From positions 64,001-128,000 of the forward strand of contig JAOZFG010000035.1 of NCBI GenBank assembly GCA_027491435.1: a DNA stretch of 64,000 nt, written 5' to 3'. Under the pieces are notes generated by a model, which did not search any database, was not told the origin of the DNA, and saw nothing but the letters and a program-made list of their open reading frames with translations. A program made the translations under genes and the position numbers. Positions 20,444-29,152 of the stretch are shown piece after piece. Numbering within the stretch: the first letter of the stretch is position 1; the number at the start of each line of letters is the position of its first letter. Source of the DNA: Thermoproteota archaeon. Lineage in GTDB: Archaea > Korarchaeota > Korarchaeia > Korarchaeales > Korarchaeaceae.

Positions 20444-21055
20444 ATGACGTGGGTTAACGGCGTTAAAATCAATCAAATATACGATCGAAAAGGGAGAAAG
20501 GGGGGCACAAATTTTAGGAGAAAGTCCATTCTTGTTTCCTATGTTGGCGTCTTTTCCGCCCTGTCAGTGGGCGTGAGGCTCGCCAAGCACGCCGCCTTCG
20601 GCTCTTTCCAGTTCATCAACATACCCCTGCTCTTCTCCATGCTTGCAGGTGCCCTGTTCGGTTTTAAGGTGGGATTTGGCGTGGGCTTCGTCTCCTTCTT
20701 GGTTTCGGACTCAATGCTAGGGTTGGGGCTGTGGACCTTGGTTGACGGGCTGATCTGTGGGTCTATAGGCGGCCTCTGGGCCAAGGTCGAGGACAGGGAT
20801 TTCACGATCAACTTCTTGCTGGGCTACCTTTCCACTTTCGCTTACGACGTGCTCACCTCATGGATCCTATACGTGATGGTGGGCTTTAACCCCGTAGAAG
20901 CCTTTCTGATAGGATTCGTTGGCCTTTTCCTGCCGGTAGCCGGTGGGGGCGTACTGTTAATAGGCCCTCTGACTGAAAGCAGCACCGCCCTAGCTCTAGC
21001 CTTTGTGCTCCCCAAGATGAGAAACTGGCTCTACAGCTCCGGTTATGTCGTATAA
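20444..21055 (+). CDS. ECF transporter S component (start uncertain)
   Basis: Multi-TM protein; GALFGFKVGFGVGFVSFLVSD...GLGLWT pattern. Confidence 0.75.
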   Translation: MTWVNGVKINQIYDRKGRKGGTNFRRKSILVSYVGVFSALSVGVRLAKHAAFGSFQFINIPLLFSMLAGALFGFKVGFGVGFVSFLVSDSMLGLGLWTLVDGLICGSIGGLWAKVEDRDFTINFLLGYLSTFAYDVLTSWILYVMVGFNPVEAFLIGFVGLFLPVAGGGVLLIGPLTESSTALALAFVLPKMRNWLYSSGYVV

Positions 21056-21263
21056 AGAGGCCTAACTACCTTATGCCATCAAGCGACCTCAACCGAGTAG
21101 CTAAGATGACAGAACGCCCAATTTTAGATTAGGTCCTAAGCTTCCTAAACGATATTTTTTAGCCAACACCCGGGAACATATGAAAGGTTTAGGCGGAGCG
21201 ATCGGGTAACAACTCGGGTTAACTTTTTACCTTTTGAGCCCACGATAAGTTAGGGGGTCGTTT

Positions 21264-21827
21264 TTGATAGAGATCGTGTGGCACGGTAGAGGCGGCCAAG
21301 GAGTTTGGAGCGGCTCGGCCGTCCTGGCCTATGCCGCAATTAAGGCCGGAAAGTACGCCCAGTCCTTCCCTCAGTTCGGACCTGAGAGGATAGGTGGACC
21401 CGTCACCGCATACAACAGAGTAGACGACAAGCCGATAGTTGAGAGGGGTCCCATATACGAGCCAGACATCGTGATAGTGATAGACCCCTCCTTAGTGAAG
21501 CCCAGGTACAGGGAGAGGATAACGAGGGGGCTCAAGGAGGGGGGAACCCTCCTGGTTAACACGACACTAGAGCCTGGCGAGGTGAGGAGGGAGTTCAACG
21601 TACCTGACTCCGTGAAGGTTTGGACCGTAGACGCCACGACCATAGCTCTGGAGGAGATAGGCAGGGCTTCGCCCAACACCACCATGTTGGGCGCCCTGAT
21701 AAAGGCCACAGGCCTCCTTGACGTCCAGTACTTGGAGCAGGGAATCCTCTGGAGGTGGCCTGGTGAAGTAGGTCAGAAGAACATAAACGCCCTGAAGAGA
21801 GCTTTAAGGGAGGTTAGGGGAGGTTAG
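21264..21827 (+). CDS. porC: Pyruvate/2-oxoacid:ferredoxin oxidoreductase gamma subunit
   Basis: HGRGGQG, FPQFGPER.G and PNTTMLGA. Confidence 0.92.
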   Translation: MIEIVWHGRGGQGVWSGSAVLAYAAIKAGKYAQSFPQFGPERIGGPVTAYNRVDDKPIVERGPIYEPDIVIVIDPSLVKPRYRERITRGLKEGGTLLVNTTLEPGEVRREFNVPDSVKVWTVDATTIALEEIGRASPNTTMLGALIKATGLLDVQYLEQGILWRWPGEVGQKNINALKRALREVRGG

Positions 21828-21830
21828 ATT

Positions 21831-22106
21831 ATGGAAGTACCGGTTTTAGGTTGGAAAGATCTTCCTATGGCTGCTGTCCCTTTTGTCAGCTCTAAGGCCT
21901 ACGATACTGGGGAGTGGGCCGTATTCCAGCCTAAGATAAACCCAGATAAGTGTGTGAAGTGTGGGCTCTGTTGGATGTACTGTCCCGACAGCGTCTACAG
22001 GTGGGATGGGGAAGGGATCCCCGAGCCGGACCTAGGACACTGCAAGGGCTGCGGCATATGCGCTGAGGAGTGCCCAACTAAGGCTATCGAGATGGTCAGG
22101 GTTTGA
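21831..22106 (+). CDS. porD: Pyruvate/2-oxoacid:ferredoxin oxidoreductase delta subunit (2x[4Fe-4S])
   Basis: TGEW, CVKCGLCWMYCP and CKGCGICAEECP. Confidence 0.93.
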   Translation: MEVPVLGWKDLPMAAVPFVSSKAYDTGEWAVFQPKINPDKCVKCGLCWMYCPDSVYRWDGEGIPEPDLGHCKGCGICAEECPTKAIEMVRV

Positions 22107-22117
22107 GGGGTGGTAGA

Positions 22118-23356
22118 ATGCAGGAGTTGAAGAAGGTTGAGCAAACCATGCTGGCCCTCAACGGCGATGAGGCTGTAGCTTGGGCTGTAAAGCAGTCGAA
22201 CGTGGACGTGGTGGCTGCTTACCCGATAACTCCTCAGACCATAATAGTTGAGAGGATCTCCGAGTTCTACCACAATGGGGAGATAGACATCGAGTTCATA
22301 AAGGTAGAGAGCGAGCACAGCGCCCTGAGCGCCTCCTGGGGGGCCAGTATAGCCGGAGCCAGGGCTTTCACGGCCACAGCTGCCAACGGGTTAGCGCTGA
22401 TGTGGGAGATACTGTACATAGTTGCCTCCACTAGAGCCCCTGTGGTCATGGCAGTCGTTAACAGGGCCTTGAGCGCCCCCATAAACATACATAACGATCA
22501 CAGCGACAGCATGGGGGCCAGGGACGCTGGCTGGATACAGATATACAGTGAAGATGCCCAGGAGGCTTACGATAACACCATAATGGCCTTCAGGATCGCT
22601 GAGGAGGCTATGTTCCCCGTGATGGTCACGCTGGATGGATTTACCATATCGCATACCCTCCAGAATGTTCTGGTGCTCCCGGACGAAGTTGTGTCCGAAT
22701 TCGTAGGTGAGAGGAAAGTCCCTAGGATAAAGTTACCCATGATCTACGGTGAGAAGGAGATACCCTTGATGCTCAACCCCAAGTACCCAGTGTCTTTCGG
22801 ACCATTAGATCTCTACGACTACTACTTCGAGCACAAGGTCCAGCAGAACGAAGCTATGAAGGCCTCCGTACCCATAATAGAGAAGGTGCACAGGGAGTTC
22901 GCTGAGATAAGCGGCAGGTCATATGAGCCGGTTCACTTCATACCTTACAGGACAGAGGACGCTGATGTCATCCTGGTAGGGCTTTCGTCCACCATGAGCG
23001 TCGTCAAGAAGGTAGTTGACGAGCTTAGAGAGGAGGGTAAGAAGGTTGGAGCCATAAGGCTCAGGGTCTTCAGGCCGTTCCCGGCTGAAATGCTGAGGAA
23101 AGAGCTTTCCAAGTTTTCAGCCGTTGGGGTATTGGATAGGTCGTTGAGCTTTGGCGGTGAGGGTGGACCCGTGTTCACTGAGGTGAGGTCAGCCATGTAT
23201 AGCGCCCAGAGCAGGCCCCCCATAGTGGACTTCGTGTACGGACTTGGAGGTAGGGAGCTGCCCCCCAAACTGATCAAGAAGGCCTTCGAGGACGTCCTGG
23301 CCATGAAGGAAGAGCCGGAAACCCCTGTTATAAAGTATTTGGGAGTTAGGGAGTGA
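22118..23356 (+). CDS. porA: Pyruvate/2-oxoacid:ferredoxin oxidoreductase alpha subunit
   Basis: AYPITPQT, ESEHSA, NRALSAPINIHNDH and GLGGR. Confidence 0.93.
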   Translation: MQELKKVEQTMLALNGDEAVAWAVKQSNVDVVAAYPITPQTIIVERISEFYHNGEIDIEFIKVESEHSALSASWGASIAGARAFTATAANGLALMWEILYIVASTRAPVVMAVVNRALSAPINIHNDHSDSMGARDAGWIQIYSEDAQEAYDNTIMAFRIAEEAMFPVMVTLDGFTISHTLQNVLVLPDEVVSEFVGERKVPRIKLPMIYGEKEIPLMLNPKYPVSFGPLDLYDYYFEHKVQQNEAMKASVPIIEKVHREFAEISGRSYEPVHFIPYRTEDADVILVGLSSTMSVVKKVVDELREEGKKVGAIRLRVFRPFPAEMLRKELSKFSAVGVLDRSLSFGGEGGPVFTEVRSAMYSAQSRPPIVDFVYGLGGRELPPKLIKKAFEDVLAMKEEPETPVIKYLGVRE

Positions 23357-23361
23357 TCCTT

Positions 23362-24345
23362 ATGCAGGCGGTCTGGAGACCGGATATAAAGGAGTTAGCT
23401 AGAAAGGAGCTTGAGACTAGGCCTTTTGAATCTGGTCACAGGCTATGCGCTGGATGTGGGGCTGGCATTATAGTTAGGCAAATACTGATGGCCGCCAGAA
23501 AACCGGTGGTCTGGATAAACGCTACTGGCTGCGTAGAGGTGGCCACTACTATATTCCCTTACACATCTTGGAACGTTCCCTGGGCTCATAACGCCTTTGA
23601 AAACGCTGCTGCCGTTGGATCTGGAGTTGAAGCTGCCCAGAAGAAGTTGAAGAGGGCCGGAAGGTTTGCTGACGATCCAGACGTGGAGTTAGATTATGAC
23701 ATAGTAGTGCTGGGAGGAGACGGAGGCACTTACGATATAGGGCTTCAGTCCCTCTCAGGCGCCCTCGAGAGGAGACATAAGTTCATGTACGTGCTTTACG
23801 ATAATGAGGCCTACATGAATACGGGCATACAGAGGTCAGGAGGAACTCCCTTTGGAGCTAGGACCACTACCACTCCTGTGGGGAAGGTAATAAAGGGCAA
23901 GCCCCTCTTTAAGAAGCCCATAATGGACATAGTGGTGGCTCACCAGATACCTTACGCTGCTACAGTATCCCCTGCCTATTGGAATGATGCAGTCATGAAG
24001 TTCAGGAAGGGATTTGAGGCTGAAGGCCCCGCTTTCATACACGCTTTCTCCACCTGCCCTCTCGGATGGGGTAGCAGGCCGGAGGACACGGTAAAGCTCA
24101 TGAAACTGGCCGTAGAAACATGTGTTTTCCCGCTTTACGAGGTGATCAACGGGGAGTACAGGTTGAACGGTCCTTCCCTGGCTATAGCTAAGAATCCCGA
24201 CAAGAAGAAGCCTGTAGAGGAGTACTTAAAGCTTCAGGGAAGATTTAGACACATGTTTAAGCCGGAGAACAAGTGGATGATAGAGAAGTTCCAGGAGTGG
24301 GTAGACAAGCAGTGGGAGCTCCTCCTTAAGAAGGCAGGATTTTAA
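23362..24345 (+). CDS. porB: Pyruvate/2-oxoacid:ferredoxin oxidoreductase beta subunit
   Basis: GHRLCAGC, ATGC and the GGDGG...DNEAYMNTGIQRS TPP motif. Confidence 0.93.
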   Translation: MQAVWRPDIKELARKELETRPFESGHRLCAGCGAGIIVRQILMAARKPVVWINATGCVEVATTIFPYTSWNVPWAHNAFENAAAVGSGVEAAQKKLKRAGRFADDPDVELDYDIVVLGGDGGTYDIGLQSLSGALERRHKFMYVLYDNEAYMNTGIQRSGGTPFGARTTTTPVGKVIKGKPLFKKPIMDIVVAHQIPYAATVSPAYWNDAVMKFRKGFEAEGPAFIHAFSTCPLGWGSRPEDTVKLMKLAVETCVFPLYEVINGEYRLNGPSLAIAKNPDKKKPVEEYLKLQGRFRHMFKPENKWMIEKFQEWVDKQWELLLKKAGF

Positions 24346-24364
24346 CTCCCCTCTCTTTTTTTAA
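24346..24364 (+). terminator. Oligo-T terminator after the por operon
   Basis: ctcccctctcttttttt immediately follows the porB stop. Confidence 0.5.
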
Positions 24365-24365
24365 G

Positions 24366-25682
24366 GTGATTTCTTTGAACCGGCGCAATGCAGTGCTACT
24401 CGCCACGCTAGCCTTCGTTATTTCATTGGGATTCGGGGCGATAAGCCCTATACTTCCCTACTACCTGATATATTTGGAAGGAGGTTTGAAAACGCTCCCT
24501 GAGGAGCTGGGAACCATATCTAAGGCCTCAAACTATGCCATGGAATTTGGTTTGATGATGTCTGCCTTCATGCTCACTAGGGCTTTATTGGCCAGGTACT
24601 TCGGATCCAAAAGTGACAAGGTTGGCAGAAAGAGGATAATACTGGTGGGCTCCATATTTTACTCCCTCATAGCCTACGCCTACATGATGGCCACTTCTAA
24701 CCTCCACCTTTACCTAATAAGGGCCTTCCAAGGGGCGGCTTCCGCAATGGTTTGGCCTGTAGCCGAGGCCCTGCTAATGGATTCCGTGGAGGAAGAGAGG
24801 AGGGGCCGAATAATGGCCCTGTATATGATGACCACCAATCTCGCCATGATGATAGGGCCGGCGGTTGGCGCGGGGCTCTACAAAGTAGGAGTTGGGGTCC
24901 TAGGCATCAAGGACGTGGGATGGGCCCTTAGATTCCCCTTCCTCAGCTTAGCTGTTATTTCAGCTATATCAATCCCCACATCGCTTATGTTGAAGGAGGT
25001 GGCCATAACTAAGAGGACCATAGGTTTTAAAGATGAGAACGACGTGGAGCCCTGGGTCGACAGGAGCATAAAGGTTTTGTACGTTATGGGCCTGGCCAAC
25101 GGGTTTGCCATGGGCTTCGCCGCCCCCCTCATGTCCATATACATAATTCAATTCATCTCCGCCGACCCCGCGGCCATAGCCTTGGTCATGACCGTGTCTA
25201 GCTTGATAGGAATGAGCTTCGCATACCCCGCCGGCAGGCTGTCCGATAAAGTTGGCAGGAGACCCCTCATAATAGCTGGAGGCTTAGTTTCCAGGCTCTC
25301 GACTCTGATCCTTCCCCTAATAAAAGACCTGACGGGATTGACGATAATATCCACCATAAGGTCCGTGGCTTTTAACGCCTATATTCCATCCTTTAGAGCC
25401 CTTCAGGCCGACTTGGCCCCACCTAAGATAAGGGGCAGGGTATTTGGCACTGTACAAGCAATGTTTAACGTTGGGGCTATGATGGGGCCCGTGATAGGGG
25501 GTTACCTATACCAACTTTACGCCGCTAAGAAGTTAGAGCTGGTAGGGGTGGAGCTGCCGGGAGAGGCTCTCCCCTTCTGGGTCAGTGCCGTAATAGGATT
25601 TATCAGCCTGACCCTGTTCATACTGATGGTCGAGGACCCGAAAGTTCGACGTAAGCTGGAGTTCCAAGCTGAACTTGATTAA
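24366..25682 (+). CDS. MFS transporter
   Basis: About 12 TM; two motif-A copies (GSKSDKVGRKR and GRLSDKVGRR). Confidence 0.92.
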   Translation: MISLNRRNAVLLATLAFVISLGFGAISPILPYYLIYLEGGLKTLPEELGTISKASNYAMEFGLMMSAFMLTRALLARYFGSKSDKVGRKRIILVGSIFYSLIAYAYMMATSNLHLYLIRAFQGAASAMVWPVAEALLMDSVEEERRGRIMALYMMTTNLAMMIGPAVGAGLYKVGVGVLGIKDVGWALRFPFLSLAVISAISIPTSLMLKEVAITKRTIGFKDENDVEPWVDRSIKVLYVMGLANGFAMGFAAPLMSIYIIQFISADPAAIALVMTVSSLIGMSFAYPAGRLSDKVGRRPLIIAGGLVSRLSTLILPLIKDLTGLTIISTIRSVAFNAYIPSFRALQADLAPPKIRGRVFGTVQAMFNVGAMMGPVIGGYLYQLYAAKKLELVGVELPGEALPFWVSAVIGFISLTLFILMVEDPKVRRKLEFQAELD

Positions 25683-25813
25683 ATGACTGAAATCATCTAA
25701 CCGATTTAAAGCGATTCTCTATAGGCTTCAGCGGCACATTGAACGGCCGCCCTGCAAGGGTTTCTTCAACAGCATTCACACATCCATTTAAGCTTTGAGA
25801 GTTGAGTTAAAGG

Positions 25814-26320
25814 CTAGCTTTCGATGATTAAATCCCCTCCAGCGCCTCCAGATGCCTTGCCCCCAGTGTAGTAGTAGAAGGCTTGGAGGTTCATGAGGCC
25901 ATAAACCTTTATCGAGTAACTGTTGGTCGGGGAGAGGGCCATGGGGCAAGTTATCCCGGATATGACGACTACCTCCCCCTTATTCCATTCCCCGTTTCCA
26001 TCCGATTCTATAATATTTATGGTCTTGCCTGGAATGAACACGGGGTCACAGTATTCATTGTTAACGAATATCTCCCATTTATCCGGACTGACTACATCCT
26101 CGAAACTTATAGCCGATGGCCCGTCGTTTCTTATGAAAATGGTCATGAAGCCATCATCTATCTGGACGTTGATTATTGAGGCAGTCAGGCTGTTATGTCC
26201 GAAGATCCTAGAGAGGGAGTTCATGACGTATCCTCCAACAGGAGTGACGGTTAGGAGCGCTGTTGAGACCGCTACCATGAGTAACACTACTTCCACCACA
26301 ACCCTGGAAAGCCCCCTCAT
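25814..26320 (-). CDS. Archaeal type IV pilin / ArlF-G-like protein with class III signal peptide
   Basis: MRG|LSRVVVEVVLLMVAV prepilin-like cleavage site and hydrophobic helix; IFIRNDG and W..GEVV beta-sandwich motifs. Confidence 0.7.
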   Translation of the reverse strand: MRGLSRVVVEVVLLMVAVSTALLTVTPVGGYVMNSLSRIFGHNSLTASIINVQIDDGFMTIFIRNDGPSAISFEDVVSPDKWEIFVNNEYCDPVFIPGKTINIIESDGNGEWNKGEVVVISGITCPMALSPTNSYSIKVYGLMNLQAFYYYTGGKASGGAGGDLIIES

Positions 26321-26419
26321 AAGTAAATTCTCCCCGGCCAAGAGATAAAAATTACTTGTGAAGTCCCGTGACTGACAATGAGATGTTTACAATTTTGTTG
26401 CTTTTACTGGCGTTAAGTT

Positions 26420-26860
26420 TCAGGTGGCCTTCCTCCTCTCGCTCTGAAACTTCTGTATCACCTTTATGACCTCTTCAGAGATCTCAGCGAATTGTCTGAG
26501 CTCTTCTAATAGCTTGGAATATTTGTCAGATCCCTTGCTTAATCCCTCTAACCTCTCCATAAGAGGCTCTACGTATTCTTTAAGTATTCTAGTTGGGAAA
26601 AGCAGGAGTTGATTGAAGGGACTCCTAGCGGTGTATATCTTGCTCCTCCCGACCTTCTCGTAGTAAACTAGGCCATCGTGCTCTAACAACCTTAGAGAGG
26701 TTGAGACAGTGGATTTACCCAGTCCGGTAAGCTTGGACAGCTCATTTATTGTCAACGGCTTTTCTGATAGGAGCAGCATCGCGTAAACTCGGCTGGCTGC
26801 GGGGGGGTAGCCCAGGCTCTCCAGTATCTTCTCTATGTAGAACCTGACCTCCCTGTCCAT
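26420..26860 (-). CDS. GbsR/TrmB/MarR-type wHTH transcriptional regulator
   Basis: LGYPPAASRVYAMLLLSEKPLTINELSKLTGLGKSTVSTSLRLL. Confidence 0.88.
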   Translation of the reverse strand: MDREVRFYIEKILESLGYPPAASRVYAMLLLSEKPLTINELSKLTGLGKSTVSTSLRLLEHDGLVYYEKVGRSKIYTARSPFNQLLLFPTRILKEYVEPLMERLEGLSKGSDKYSKLLEELRQFAEISEEVIKVIQKFQSERRKAT

Positions 26861-27000
26861 ACTTCAGAGCGGAACTCAGAAGATTAAAACGTACCGATTG
26901 ATCAGATAAATCAGAATAAACAGATATAACAAATCTAACGGATAGAACTAAAATTACAAAAATTTTTATATGATCGGGTATATTGAGGAGTAGTGATACC

Positions 27001-27264
27001 ATGACTGAGGAGAAGAAGAAGGGTGGATTTTCCAGAGTGATAAAGGCCATGGGGGACGTGGTTAAGGAGACCATAGACGTCGCCAAAGAGGGGGTCGAAA
27101 CTACCGCCGACGTCGTTAAGGAGGTAACCTCCACCGCCGCTGAGGCGGCCAGGAGCGGCGTTGAGAAGGCGGCCGAGGTAGTCGATAAGGTAGCTGAGGA
27201 AACAGAAGAAACCGCTGTTAAGGCGGCAGAAGAAACTAAGAAGACGGTGGAGAAGAGGAAGTAA
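27001..27264 (+). CDS. Small Ala/Glu/Lys/Thr/Val-rich repeat protein (LEA/apolipoprotein-like amphipathic helix)
   Basis: ATG 27001 follows GAGGAGTAGTGAT. Approximate 11-residue periodicity; TATA-like TTTATA upstream and an oligo-T tract downstream. Confidence 0.75.
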   Translation: MTEEKKKGGFSRVIKAMGDVVKETIDVAKEGVETTADVVKEVTSTAAEAARSGVEKAAEVVDKVAEETEETAVKAAEETKKTVEKRK

Positions 27265-27330
27265 AATCCTCCCTCCTAATTTTTTTAGTTTAATAGCCCA
27301 AGCACACGTTAAATAGGATAGGTTCCCTGT

Positions 27331-27738
27331 ATGACTATGTACAGGGAGCGAATTAGGTTCTCCACAAGAGGGGAGCTAGACGTTGTGGATATAACCGAGG
27401 AAGTCAGAGCCATAGTTAAAAGAAGCGGGATAAAGGAGGGATTCGCTTTAATCTTTGCCCCTCATGCGACTGGAGCCATAATCCTGAATGAAAATGACCC
27501 GGACTTGCTAGAGGACATAAGGTGGTGGCTCTCACATGTAGTGCCTCTGAGAGAATATAAGCATCCCATAAATGCGAGATCTCACCTGAGGTCCATCTTA
27601 ATGGCTCCGTCAAAGGTAGTGCCTGTTTTAGGGGGCGACCTGTATTTGGGAACTTGGCAGAGCGTGATGTGGGTAGAAGTGGATACCAGACCCAGAAGGA
27701 GGGAGGTCCTGGTCATGGTGTTCGGCGAATCCCAGTAA
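27331..27738 (+). CDS. yjbQ: YjbQ/UPF0047 family protein
   Basis: PHATGAI.LNE, NARSHL and LYLGTWQ motifs. Confidence 0.92.
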   Translation: MTMYRERIRFSTRGELDVVDITEEVRAIVKRSGIKEGFALIFAPHATGAIILNENDPDLLEDIRWWLSHVVPLREYKHPINARSHLRSILMAPSKVVPVLGGDLYLGTWQSVMWVEVDTRPRRREVLVMVFGESQ

Positions 27739-27873
27739 AGCTTCCAGATTTAGTTCACCTGGATAAGCTGGTGTAGCGCTCAACCGCTACAATCCACATG
27801 TCGAAGCCCCAGGGATTGCGGCTAAACTAGAGAGGACATGAAATTACTTCCCACCCGTGTTCGTTGTTGAGAA

Positions 27874-28286
27874 TTAAGACTTATCTCCCTCAGCCTTTAC
27901 CGCTTTTCTTACAAGTTCGTCCAAATCGTAGTACTCTAGATCCTCAGCTAGAGCTATAGCGGCATGGATTGAATCGAAAAAAGAGAGTGGACGTTTCCTC
28001 CTCAGCTCAGCAGCTTTAGATACGACATCAAGCGTTATATCTGAAAAATGTGGTTTTGTATACCTGCTTATCAGTGATCTCATAGCCGAGAAAACGCGGT
28101 TAATTTCCCCTTCAGCCAATCCTCGGGATTTCAACATGAGGGATAGTTCTATGAGTGACGCTGGCGAGATGAAAATTTTTATATCGTGTCCCCTGGTCTG
28201 TCCAAGTAATTTTATAGCTCACCGTGATTCCCGTCCCTTGGATTGAGCGACAATAAGAATCCCGTCTCTAGGAGGGCTTTTATCAC
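27874..28286 (-). pseudogene. vapC: Frameshifted PIN-domain (VapC) toxin
   Basis: GTG 28286 reads IKALLETGFLLSLNPRDGNH, then shifts frame with a TGA near 28220. It continues AIKLLGQ...ISPASLIELSLMLKS...LSFFDSIHAA. Confidence 0.8.
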
Positions 28287-28520
28287 GAAGACGCCTCTTT
28301 AAAGGCCTTACGTTCCGCAACCTTCCTGAGTTCTCTAGAGAAGGTTAAATCACCTAACAAATCCTCTAGGACCTTCTCAGGGTCCTCTAATTTCCTTATC
28401 AGGACATCCCCCTCCTCTAATGCGGATCACCTTGTCCCCCTCTCTCAAACCAAGCTTCTTCCTCCAACCTCTTTGGAATCGTTACTCTTCCCCTACCGTC
28501 CACCACAGCCTCCGCTTCAT
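28283..28520 (-). pseudogene. Frameshifted AbrB/MazE-type antitoxin
   Basis: Reads EAVVDGRGRVTIPKRL / RKKLGLREGDKVIR / LEEGDVLIRKLEDPEKVLEDLLG...* across two frameshifts. Its stop overlaps the vapC GTG (GTGA). Confidence 0.8.
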
Positions 28521-29152
28521 CACGATGACTTTGTGGGCCCACTCATAAAATTTTTTCCACTCAATGGCGGTTCTCTTCCTCTACTTCCTCTCGAGTAGCC
28601 TTGGCAGCGGTTACAAGCAAAGCCTATTAATGTTGTGATTAAACGAATGCGTTAGCCCAGATCCCTCACATTACGGAAGTTCTTACATGCCGACAGCCTA
28701 CCTTACTCCCTTTCTGTGGCAGGAGATTAACTAGTTTGAGGTCGAGCCCAGAAGTTCTCTCATTTTAAGAATGCTTGAATAGGCCCAGCGCTTAAGCCTG
28801 TCTTAGGTCTCCATGACTAACGTGGCCTTTCACCCCCTTGCATACGCTAGGTTGGTACTTACTACCCCCAGGTTAACTTACACTTTCACCCGCTCTATAC
28901 CTAGCTAAGGGGCTGTGGCGCTGGGTCATCGAAGTGAGACGTCCCCTCCTTCACTTCCTCAGGTATGCGGTCCGCTGAGCCTCAGGCCAAAGAGCGAGAT
29001 TTTACTGACAACGGAGGCTCGCCCTATGACAAGTTGAGTTCCTTTCCAGTTACAAGACCAGTGAACCCCTTAAAGATCTGAGACAAGGCTTAATCTCTTG
29101 TTATTAGGGGGAATTTTTATTTTGTGTTTAGGTCAAACATGCTTGATGTGAG

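Noticed and set aside
21195-21225. TCGGGT(T)AAC direct repeat upstream of the por operon
   Set aside because: Two short imperfect copies with no match to an operator I can name; could be chance.
27739-27873. Hairpin TGTAGCG-N6-CGCTACA as a tRNA fragment or att site
   Set aside because: No tRNA T-loop or D-loop motifs and no partner repeat; at most a structure between convergent genes.
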